Source of the DNA: Yuukianura sp. NJ FZ-2021
Lineage: Eukaryota
Assembly: GCA_046563655.1 (NCBI GenBank)
Contig: CM102290.1
Span: 12,276,001 to 12,340,000 of the forward strand
Direction: 5' to 3'
DNA: 64,000 nt
Within the stretch, counting starts at the first letter, position 1. Each line of letters begins with the position of its first letter. The position numbers and the translations under genes were made by a program. Below the pieces are notes generated by a model. The model did not search any database and was not told the DNA's origin. It was given only the letters and a program-made list of their open reading frames with translations. Positions 53,101-64,000 of the stretch are shown here, one piece after another.

Positions 53101-56100
53101 TGCTAATTCCCAGCATAGCCTAAAATTTCTTCTTGACGCAATCTAGCTAAGTCCCATGAATGTTTAAAATTTTTACTAGATGAAAATCTGCTAATTCCCA
53201 GCATAGCCTAAAATTTCTCCTTGACGCAATCTAGCTAAGTCCCATGAATGTTTAAAATTTTTACTAGATGAAAATCTGCTAATTCCCAGCATAGCCTAAA
53301 ATTTCTTCTTGACGCAATCTAGCTAAGTCCCATGAATGTTTAAAATTTTTACTAGATGAAAATCTGCTAATTCCCAGCATAGCCTAAAATTTCTTCTTGA
53401 CGCAATCTAGCTAAGTCCCATGAATGTTTAAAATTTTTACTATATGAAAATCTGCTAATTCCCAGCATAGCCTAAAATTTCTTTTTGACGCAATCTAGCT
53501 AAGTCCCATGAATGTTTAAAATTTTTACTAGATGAAAATCTGCTAATTCCCAGCATAGCCTAAAATTTCTTCTTGACGCAATCTAGCTAAGTCCCATGAA
53601 TGTTTAAATTTTTTACTAGATGAAAATCTGCTAATTCCCAGCATAGCCTAAAATTTCTTTTTGACGCAATCTAGCTAAGTCCCATGAATGTTTAAAATTT
53701 TTACTAGATGAAAATCTGCTAATTCCCAGCATAGCCTAAAATTTCTTCTTGACGCAATCTAGCTAAGTCCCATGAATGTTTAAATTTTTTACTAGATGAA
53801 AATCTGCTAATTCCCAGCATAGCCTAAAATTTCTTCTTGACGCAATCTAGCTAAGTCCCATGAATGTTTAAAATTTTTACTAGATGAAAATCTGCTAATT
53901 CCCAGCATAGCCTAAAATTTCTTCTTGACGCAATCAAGCTAAGTCCCATGAATGTTTAAAATTTTTACTAGATGAAAATCTGCTAATTCCCAGCATAGCC
54001 TAAAATTTCTTCTTGACGCAATCTAGCCAAGGTTTGTAAACAAAAAAAAATAGTTTTTCTTCAACAGGTTAGGCAATAACTCAAGCGTTTTAAATTTTGT
54101 TCAAAAATTAGCAAAACTTGGTTCACCATGCCTTCCTATGGTAATGATTTATATGCAATCAAATGGGATTGGGCGAAAATTGGGCGAAAAAATTGTTTGG
54201 AGCGAATTTTTTCTTAAACAGGACTTATTGCCAAACCTCTTAAAGCATTTCGTTGCTATAGAAACCTTGCAATCTAGCTAAGTCCCATGAATGTTTAAAA
54301 TTTTTACTAGATGAAAATCTGCTAATTCCCAGCATAGCCTAAAATTTCTTCTTGACGCAATCTAGCTAAGTCCCATGAATGTTTAAAATTTTTACTAGAT
54401 GAAAATCTGCTAATTCCCAGCATAGCCTAAAATTTCTTCTTGACGCAATCTAGCTAAGTCCCATGAATGTTTAAAATTTTTACTAGATGAAAATCTGCTA
54501 ATTCCCAGCATAGCCTAAAATTTCTTCTTGACGCAATCTAGCTAAGTCCCATGAATGTTTAAAATTTTTACTATATGAAAATCTGCTAATTCCCAGCATA
54601 GCCTAAAATTTCTTTTTGACGCAATCTAGCTAAGTCCCATGAATGTTTAAAATTTTTACTAGATGAAAATCTGCTAATTCCCAGCATAGCCTAAAATTTC
54701 TTCTTGACGCAATCTAGCTAAGTCCCATGAATGTTTAAATTTTTTACTAGATGAAAATCTGCTAATTCCCAGCATAGCCTAAAATTTCTTCTTGACGCAA
54801 TCTAGCTAAGTCCCATGAATGTTTAAAATTTTTACTAGATGAAAATCTGCTAATTCCCAGCATAGCCTAAAATTTCTTCTTGACGCAATCTAGCTAAGTC
54901 CCATGAATGTTTAAAATTTTTACTAGATGAAAATCTGCTAATTCCCAGCATAGCCTAAAATTTCTTCTTGACGCAATCTAGCTAAGCCCCATGAATGTTT
55001 AAAATTTTTACTAGATGAAAATCTGCTAATTCCCAGCATAGCCTAAAATTTCTTCTTGACGCAATCTAGCTAAGTCCCATGAATGTTTAAAATTTTTACT
55101 AGATGAAAATCTGCTAATTCCCAGCATAGCCTAAAATTTCTTCTTGACGCAATCTAGCTAAGTCCCATGAATGTTTAAAATTTTTACTATATGAAAATCT
55201 GCTAATTCCCAGCATAGCCTAAAATTTCTTTTTGACGCAATCTAGCTAAGTCCCATGAATGTTTAAAATTTTTACTAGATGAAAATCTGCTAATTCCAAG
55301 CATAGCCTAAAATTTCTTTTTGACGCAATCCAGCTAAGTCCCATGAATGTTTAAAATTTTTACTAGATGAAAATCTGCTAATTCCCAGCATAGCCTAAAA
55401 TTTCTTCTTGACGCAATCTAGCTAAGTCCCATGAATGTTTAAAATTTTTACTAGATGAAAATCTGCTAATTCCCAGCATAGCCTAAAATTTCTTCTTGAC
55501 GCAATCTAGCTAAGTCCCATGAATGTTTAAAATTTTTACTAGATGAAAATCTGCTAATTCCCAGCATAGCCTAAAATTTCTCCTTGACGCAATCTAGCTA
55601 AGTCCCATGAATGTTTAAAATTTTTACTAGATGAAAATCTGCTAATTCCCAGCATAGCCTAAAATTTCTTCTTGACGCAATCTAGCTAAGTCCCATGAAT
55701 GTTTAAAATTTTTACTAGATGAAAATCTGCTAATTCCCAGCATAGCCTAAAATTTCTTCTTGACGCAATCTAGCTAAGTCCCATGAATGTTTAAAATTTT
55801 TACTAGATGAAAATCTGCTAATTCCCAGCATAGCCTAAAATTTCTTCTTGACGCAATCTAGCTAAGTCCCATGAATGTTTAAAATTTTTACTAGATGAAA
55901 ATCTGCTAATTCCCAGCATAGCCTAAAATTTCTCCTTGACGCAATCTAGCTAAGTCCCATGAATGTTTAAAATTTTTACTAGATGAAAATCTGCTAATTC
56001 CCAGCATAGCCTAAAATTTCTTCTTGACGCAATCTAGCTAAGTCCCATGAATGTTTAAAATTTTTACTAGATGAAAATCTGCTAATTCCCAGCATAGCCT

Positions 56101-59100
56101 AAAATTTCTTCTTGACGCAATCTAGCTAAGTCCCATGAATGTTTAAAATTTTTACTAGATGAAAATCTGCTAATTCCCAGCATAGCCTAAAATTTCTTCT
56201 TGACGCAATCTAGCTAAGTCCCATGAATGTTTAAAATTTTTACTAGATGAAAATCTGCTAATTCCCAGCATAGCCTAAAATTTCTTCTTGACGCAATCTA
56301 GCTAAGTCCCATGAATGTTTAAAATTTTTACTAGATGAAAATCTGCTAATTCCCAGCATAGCCTAAAATTTCTTCTTGACGCAATCTAGCTAAGTCCCAT
56401 GAATGTTTAAAATTTTTACTATATGAAAATCTGCTAATTCCCAGCATAGCCTAAAATTTCTTTTTGACGCAATCTAGCTAAGTCCCATGAATGTTTAAAA
56501 TTTTTACTAGATGAAAATCTGCTAATTCCAAGCATAGCCTAAAATTTCTTTTTGACGCAATCCAGCTAAGTCCCATGAATGTTTAAAATTTTTACTAGAT
56601 GAAAATCTGCTAATTCCCAGCATAGCCTAAAATTTCTTCTTGACGCAATCTAGCTAAGTCCCATGAATGTTTAAAATTTTTACTAGATGAAAATCTGCTA
56701 ATTCCCAGCATAGCCTAAAATTTCTTCTTGACGCAATCTAGCTAAGTCCCATGAATGTTTAAAATTTTTACTAGATGAAAATCTGCTAATTCCCAGCATA
56801 GCCTAAAATTTCTCCTTGACGCAATCTAGCTAAGTCCCATGAATGTTTAAAATTTTTACTAGATGAAAATCTGCTAATTCCCAGCATAGCCTAAAATTTC
56901 TTCTTGACGCAATCTAGCTAAGTCCCATGAATGTTTAAATTTTTTACTAGATGAAAATCTGCTAATTCCCAGCATAGCCTAAAATTTCTTCTTGACGCAA
57001 TCTAGCTAAGTCCCATGAATGTTTAAAATTTTTACTAGATGAAAATCTGCTAATTCCCAGCATAGCCTAAAATTTCTTTTTGACGCAATCTAGCTAAGTC
57101 CCATGAATGTTTAAAATTTTTACTAGATGAAAATCTGCTAATTCCCAGCATAGCCTAAAATTTCTTCTTGACGCAATCTAGCTAAGTCCCATGAATGTTT
57201 AAAATTTTTACTAGATGAAAATCTGCTAATTCCCAGCATAGCCTAAAATTTCTTCTTGACGCAATCTAGCTAAGTCCCATGAATGTCTAAAATTTTTACT
57301 AGATGAAAATCTGCTAATTCCCAGCATAGCCTAAAATTTCTTCTTGACGCAATCTAGCTAAGTCCCGTGAATGTTTAAAATTTTTACTATATGAAAATCT
57401 GCTAATTCCCAGCATAGCCTAAAATTTCTTTTTGACGCAATCTAGCTAAGTCCCATGAATGTTTAAAATTTTTACTAGATGAAAATCTGCTAATTCCCAG
57501 CATAGCCTAAAATTTCTTCTTGACGCAATCTAGCTAAGTCCCATGAATGTTTAAAATTTTTACTAGATGAAAATCTGCTAATTCCCAGCATAGCCTAAAA
57601 TTTCTTCTTGACGCAATCTAGCTAAGTCCCATGAATGTTTAAATTTTTTACTAGATGAAAATCTGCTAATTCCCAGCATAGCCTAAAATTTCTTCTTGAC
57701 GCAATCTAGCTAAGTCCCATGAATGTTTAAAATTTTTACTAGATGAAAATCTGCTAATTCCCAGCATAGCCTAAAATTTCTTCTTGACGCAATCTAGCTA
57801 AGTCCCATGAATGTTTAAAATTTTTACTAGATGAAAATCTGCTAATTCCCAGCATAGCCTAAAATTTCTTCTTGACGCAATCTAGCTAAGTCCCATGAAT
57901 GTCTAAAATTTTTACTAGATGAAAATCTGCTAATTCCCAGCATAGCCTAAAATTTCTTCTTGACGCAATCTAGCTAAGTCCCGTGAATGTTTAAAATTTT
58001 TACTATATGAAAATCTGCTAATTCCCAGCATAGCCTAAAATTTCTTTTTGACGCAATCTAGCTAAGTCCCATGAATGTTTAAAATTTTTACTAGATGAAA
58101 ATCTGCTAATTCCCAGCATAGCCTAAAATTTCTTCTTGACGCAATCTAGCTAAGTCCCATGAATGTTTAAAATTTTTACTAGATGAAAATCTGCTAATTC
58201 CCAGCATAGCCTAAAATTTCTTCTTGACGCAATCTAGCTAAGTCCCATGAATGTTTAAATTTTTTACTAGATGAAAATCTGCTAATTCCCAGCATAGCCT
58301 AAAATTTCTTTTTGACGCAATCTAGCTAAGTCCCATGAATGTTTAAAATTTTTACTAGATGAAAATCTGCTAATTCCCAGCATAGCCTAAAATTTCTTCT
58401 TGACGCAATCTAGCTAAGTCCCATGAATGTTTAAAATTTTTACTAGATGAAAATCTGCTAATTCCCAGCATAGCCTAAAATTTCTTCTTGACGCAATCTA
58501 GCTAAGTCCCATGAATGTCTAAAATTTTTACTAGATGAAAATCTGCTAATTCCCAGCATAGCCTAAAATTTCTTTTTGACGCAATCTAGCTAAGTCCCAT
58601 GAATGTTTAAAATTTTTACTAGATGAAAATCTGCTAATTCCCAGCATAGCCTAAAATTTCTTCTTGACGCAATCTAGCTAAGTCCCATGAGTGTTTAAAA
58701 TTTTTACTAGATGAAAATCTGCTAATTCCCAGCATAGCCTAAAATTTCTTCTTGACGCAATCTAGCTAAGTCCCATGAATGTTTAAATTTTTTACTAGAT
58801 GAAAATCTGCTAATTCCCAGCATAGCCTAAAATTTCTTCTTGACGCAATCTAGCTAAGTCCCATGAATGTTTAAAATTTTTACTAGATGAAAATCTGCTA
58901 ATTCCCAGCATAGCCTAAAATTTCTTCTTGACGCAATCTAGCTAAGTCCCATGAATGTTTAAAATTTTTACTAGATGAAAATCTGCTAATTCCCAGCATA
59001 GCCTAAAATTTCTTCTTGACGCAATCTAGCTAAGTCCCATGAATGTCTAAAATTTTTACTAGATGAAAATCTGCTAATTCCCAGCATAGCCTAAAATTTC

Positions 59101-61438
59101 TTCTTGACGCAATCTAGCTAAGTCCCGTGAATGTTTAAAATTTTTACTATATGAAAATCTGCTAATTCCCAGCATAGCCTAAAATTTCTTTTTGACGCAA
59201 TCTAGCTAAGTCCCATGAATGTTTAAAATTTTTACTAGATGAAAATCTGCTAATTCCCAGCATAGCCTAAAATTTCTTCTTGACGCAATCTAGCTAAGTC
59301 CCATGAATGTTTAAAATTTTTACTAGATGAAAATCTGCTAATTCCCAGCATAGCCTAAAATTTCTTCTTGACGCAATCTAGCTAAGTCCCATGAATGTTT
59401 AAATTTTTTACTAGATGAAAATCTGCTAATTCCCAGCATAGCCTAAAATTTCTTCTTGACGCAATCTAGCTAAGTCCCATGAATGTTTAAAATTTTTACT
59501 AGATGAAAATCTGCTAATTCCCAGCATAGCCTAAAATTTCTTCTTGACGCAATCTAGCTAAGTCCCATGAATGTTTAAAATTTTTACTAGATGAAAATCT
59601 GCTAATTCCCAGCATAGCCTAAAATTTCTTCTTGACGCAATCTAGCTAAGTCCCATGAATGTCTAAAATTTTTACTAGATGAAAATCTGCTAATTCCCAG
59701 CATAGCCTAAAATTTCTTCTTGACGCAATCTAGCTAAGTCCCATGAATGTTTAAAATTTTTACTAGATGAAAATCTGCTAATTCCCAGCATAGCCTAAAA
59801 TTTCTTCTTGACGCAATCTAGCTAAGTCCCATGAGTGTTTAAAATTTTTACTAGATGAAAATCTGCTAATTCCCAGCATAGCCTAAAATTTCTTCTTGAC
59901 GCAATCTAGCTAAGTCCCATGGATGTTTAAAATTTTTACTAGATGAAAATCTGCTAATTCCCAGCATAGCCTAAAATTTCTTCTTGACGCAATCTAGCTA
60001 AGTCCCATGAATGTTTAAAATTTTTACTATATGAAAATCTGCTAATTCCCAGCATAGCCTAAAATTTCTTTTTGACGCAATCTAGCTAAGTCCCATGAAT
60101 GTTTAAAATTTTTACTAGATGAAAATCTGCTAATTCCCAGCATAGCCTAAAATTTCTTCTTGACGCAATCTAGCTAAGTCCCATGAATGTTTAAATTTTT
60201 TACTAGATGAAAATCTGCTAATTCCCAGCATAGCCTAAAATTTCTTCTTGACGCAATCTAGCTAAGTCCCATGAATGTTTAAAATTTTTACTAGATGAAA
60301 ATCTGCTAATTCCCAGCATAGCCTAAAATTTCTTTTTGACGCAATCTAGCTAAGTCCCATGAATGTTTAAAATTTTTACTAGATGAAAATCTGCTAATTC
60401 CCAGCATAGCCTAAAATTTCTTCTTGACGCAATCTAGCTAAGTCCCATGAATGTTTAAATTTTTTACTAGATGAAAATCTGCTAATTCCCAGCATAGCCT
60501 AAAATTTCTTCTTGACGCAATCTAGCTAAGTCCCATGAATGTTTAAAATTTTTACTAGATGAAAATCTGCTAATTCCCAGCATAGCCTAAAATTTCTTCT
60601 TGACGCAATCTAGCTAAGTCCCATGAATGTTTAAATTTTTTACTAGATGAAAATCTGCTAATTCCCAGCATAGCCTAAAATTTCTTCTTGACGCAATCTA
60701 GCTAAGTCCCATGAATGTTTAAAATTTTTACTAGATGAAAATCTGCTAATTCCCAGCATAGCCTAAAATTTCTTCTTGACGCAATCTAGCTAAGTCCCAT
60801 GAATGTTTAAAATTTTTACTAGATGAAAATCTGCTAATTCCCAGCATAGCCTAAAATTTCTTCTTGACGCAATCTAGCTAAGTCCCATGAATGTTTAAAA
60901 TTTTTACTAGATGAAAATCTGCTAATTCCCAGCATAGCCTAAAATTTCTTCTTGACACAATCTAGCTAAGTCCCATGAATGTTTAAAATTTTTACTATAT
61001 GAAAATCTGCTAATTCCCAGCATAGCCTAAAATTTCTTTTTGACGCAATCCAGCTAAGTCCCATGAATGTTTAAAATTTTTACTAGATGAAAATCTGCTA
61101 ATTCCCAGCATAGCCTAAAATTTCTTCTTGACACAATCTAGCTAAGTCCCATGAATGTTTAAAATTTTTACTAGATGAAAATCTGCTAATTCCCAGCATA
61201 GCCTAAAATTTCTTCTTGACACAATCTAGCTAAGTCCCACGAATGTTTAAAATTTTTACTAGATGAAAATCTGCTAATTCCCAGCATAGCCTAAAATTTC
61301 TTCTTGACGCAAGCTAGCTAAGTCCCATGAATGTTTAAAATTTTTACTAGATGAAAATCTGCTAATTCCCAGCATAGCCTAAAATTTCTTCTTGACGCAA
61401 TCTAGCTAAGTCCCATGAATGTTTAAAATTTTTACTAG
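50185..61438. repeat. Satellite array: about 123 copies of an 88-bp unit (two related 44-bp halves), preceded by three 44-bp monomers
   Basis: Unit = TTGACGCAATCTAGCTAAGTCCCATGAATGTTTAAAATTTTTAC + TAGATGAAAATCTGCTAATTCCCAGCATAGCCTAAAATTTCTTC. Period 88 (e.g. 50361 to 50449). Only sparse single-base variants. Confidence 0.98.
54028..54269 (-). mobile_element. MITE (CAAGG family, subfamily B) inserted in the satellite
   Basis: 242 bp, CAAGGTTT...AAACCTTG, flanked by duplicated satellite sequence CAATCTAGC (54019-54027 and 54270-54278). Confidence 0.92.
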
Positions 61439-61754
61439 GTTCCTTGACAACGAAAAATTCATTTTCTTTTACAGGTTGAATACTACCTCGCTTGTTGACA
61501 AAAAAAAAATCAAAGAAAGAAAAACAAAAATTGGTACCAATTTTAGTGCCAATCTAAACGTTTTATACCTTTTATACATTTTATATTTTATATATACAAA
61601 TACCAATTTGTATTCAAAATTTCAATATTCAGCATTAAAATTATGCCTGCAATGCCCGGAAATCAAGAGACACTTTTTTTTTGAAAATTAAAAAAAAAAC
61701 ATCAGATTAAGCATTACGCAACCTGTTAAAGAAAACCAGCGTCAACAAACCTTG
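61435..61754 (+). mobile_element. MITE (CAAGG family, subfamily A) forming the right boundary of the satellite
   Basis: (CT)AGGTTCCTTGACAACGAAAA...ACCTGTTAAAGAAAA...GTCAACAAACCTTG. Homologous to 44401 and 42436. No matching TSD. Confidence 0.85.
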
Positions 61755-61834
61755 CTGGTCCTAATTTTAATTTTTGTTCAAAAATTTTCTGAACACGAAT
61801 TGTAGGTACACTCAAAAAATAAAATTTCACTTAC

Positions 61835-62183
61835 GTGACCTTTGACCCAACCGAAAAAGTTCGTCGATGAGTCTAATGTTTCCTTTAATGGTAAGTCCGT
61901 ACATGTACTGAGAGTGGCCACAGAATACCATCATTTCGAAGAAAGCCAAATCAAACAAAAAGTAAACAATGTTGTGGGCATCAGCAACTAATTGGAGAAA
62001 AAAAAGTAGTAATAGTAAGGAAAAAAATAGGGCGCTGACAGCGTTTGAAATCAAAACAGCCTTGTCTTGCGTTGTTACCAACTCCATTACCCACGTTGAC
62101 GTGCTCCATGTCAACTTGTAGCTCGATATTTTGAGTTTTTGACCCAGCTCCAAATACCTGGCGTACTCCTGCAGATACGACAT
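61835..62183 (-). CDS. First exon of a predicted multi-pass membrane protein (chemoreceptor/GR-like); downstream exons not found, possibly a pseudogene
   Basis: ATG at 62183, about 116 codons with two hydrophobic helices, ending at a strong donor C|GTAAGT (~61834). Confidence 0.45.
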
Positions 62184-62248
62184 TTTGGAAAAACTAGTGT
62201 GTCAACCTCAAATTTATCCTCAATATGGATCGAAAGCTTTTATTTGAA

Positions 62249-62623
62249 CTAGTTATTTATGTAAGCTTTTATTTGAGTTGCAAAATCCGTTCCAGAATTC
62301 ATATCCGTTCCAAATGCCAAGTCAGTTCCAATTGTCAATTCAGGTCCAGAAATCAGTCCAACTCCAGGGGTCAATTCAGTTGAAGGGTTCAACTCTGAAG
62401 AATGTAATGAGTAATAAAAGTTGCCAAAAAAAAATACCATATCATTTTGTTTCATACCATTTTGTTGAGTTTTCCGGTTTTTAATAAGTCCAGACGCATT
62501 CCTCAGAGCCGCAAAACATCTTCCGCAAATACGGCGAGACTTCATGTCAACATAGTGCGGACGAGTGTTGGAAGCATTCCAGCGAGAACAGCCGCATTTA
62601 CAGTCGCACTGCCACTTTCCCAT
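62249..62623 (-). CDS. Small orphan protein: Cys-rich N-terminus plus hexapeptide repeats (probably 2 exons)
   Basis: ATG start, CDCKCGC...ICGRC. Plausible in-frame intron (G|GTATGA...TTCAG, ~62456-62397). The C-terminal part is ELNPST/ELTPGV/GLISGP/ELTIGT/DLAFGT/DMNSGT. Confidence 0.45.
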   Translation of the reverse strand: MGKWQCDCKCGCSRWNASNTRPHYVDMKSRRICGRCFAALRNASGLIKNRKTQQNGMKQNDMVFFFGNFYYSLHSSELNPSTELTPGVGLISGPELTIGTDLAFGTDMNSGTDFATQIKAYINN

Positions 62624-64000
62624 TTTTCAACTTTAACGTTAAAACGCTGAACTAATTAGATTGCTGAATAAAACTATTGTAGAACTGAAACGTAATTAAT
62701 GCTATGGAAAACTCTTAAACCAATTTAAATGAACAAATCGAAAGTATGATTGAAAATCTCGAGTATTCACAATGAACGGTAATACGAAATCTTTGATTTC
62801 AGTACAATAATTGAATAATTCATAATTGTTCTTATTTATTTCAACATAAACATACAAAGCGACAACTGTTGCTAAGGCATTTCTTCAGGATTGTTAGAGA
62901 AAGTTGAAGCTTTTTAGAAAAAAGTGCCAAAAATGAACGTTTCTATCGAGCAATTTCAAATGCAAGGACTCCTGACAGCATCACGAAATTTTGGCCCTTA
63001 CTTGGTGAGCCTATGATTAATCAACTGTGAAAATTTTGTTATGCTGTCAGTAGTCCTTCTCCAGATTTTTATGGGCCCAATTTACCCCAATAATCGAAAA
63101 CGTCCTTTATTTGAAATTTCGGAACACATCCTAATGTTTCCGTATCTCATATAATCTCTCCCACATTCATATCCACAACTTTTGTATTTTGGTATGGTTA
63201 GTTCCTTGCTCTTCTTTACTTTTTATTTATTATTTACGAGACTCATCATCACAACCAGATCAAATCTTCGTGGTCTTCTTCCTTCCTCATTTTTTGGTTT
63301 AGAAAAAAATGCACGACTTTTGCGGTGGTTGTGTGGGGTAAACTACACCTATTAAGAGATTGACGTTTTTGTACTAATTTTGAGTCAATTACCTTGATGC
63401 ATTGTAATTTACAATTTGGAACAAGGGAGGAAGAGCTGTGCAAAAACTTAACAACGTTCCAACAAGAGAAAAACGGAATTCCCAAACTGAACTGAATTTT
63501 AATTTGAAAACTTTGAAAAATATTTCCATTTTGCCAAATAGTAGGAGGACAGAAATGAAATTTAATTAATGAGTACAGTAATGTATTGAGGCAATGCCCT
63601 ACAAATGATTTACCATAACCAAAAATTTAGTATACGTTCAACATAACATGAACAACATTAACATAACAACATCACATTAACATAAAACATAATCAAGAAC
63701 AACATTACAAAAAAAGCATAACATAAATATTAGTTTAACACAAAATCATTTCATTCACAAATTAATGAACAGTTACATTTTGTCTAAAAAAAAATTACTA
63801 AAGCGAAGTTTTTTCGAAACACGCCAATGCTTCTGAAATGAATTTGTTTTCAAGTAGAATTCTTTCTGAAACAAGGTGTTTCTAGATTATAGAGTTTTTT
63901 TTCGAAACTTTTACTTTAGGAACAATTTTTTTCGAACCAATGGCATAAAATCCTAAACTATATTGCATTTGGTAGTTAAAATTCTGCTACTGCCATAATA

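Noticed and set aside
50185..61438. CRISPR-like array (regular alternation of two sequence blocks)
   Set aside because: Both halves are constant across copies, there are no unique spacers and no cas genes, and the context is eukaryotic. It is a satellite.
62900..63490. Possible additional gene or pseudogene near the right end
   Set aside because: Frames on both strands are interrupted by stops and I recognised no family motif.

Overview
Eukaryotic, AT-rich, gene-dense animal DNA with many short GT-AG introns. It is probably an arthropod and resembles a springtail, but that is inference only. The first ~50 kb hold about 13 spliced genes: an ADAMTS-like M12B protease (runs off the left edge), a PHF13/23-like PHD protein, an M3 thimet oligopeptidase, ferrochelatase, a Bicaudal-C-derived gene, a CRAL-TRIO protein, a membrane-anchored GalT/HIT-fold protein, fibulin, a small TM protein, a BAR-like protein, RRP5, and an uncharacterised gene whose 3' end was not found in the window. 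Positions 50.2-61.4 kb are a near-homogeneous 88-bp (2x44) satellite. It has a CRE-type retrotransposon remnant on its left, one MITE inserted inside it, and another MITE at its right edge. Two observations stand out. (1) An intact 13-exon chimeric gene: BicC KH region with degenerate GxxG loops, then Vasa-like CCHC-knuckle/GINF exons, then a coiled coil, with no SAM or helicase domain. (2) An intron-containing gene whose product resembles the fungal eisosome BAR proteins Pil1/Lsp1 and carries NPF and PPxY motifs. All homology calls come from manual translation and remembered family motifs; no searches were run.
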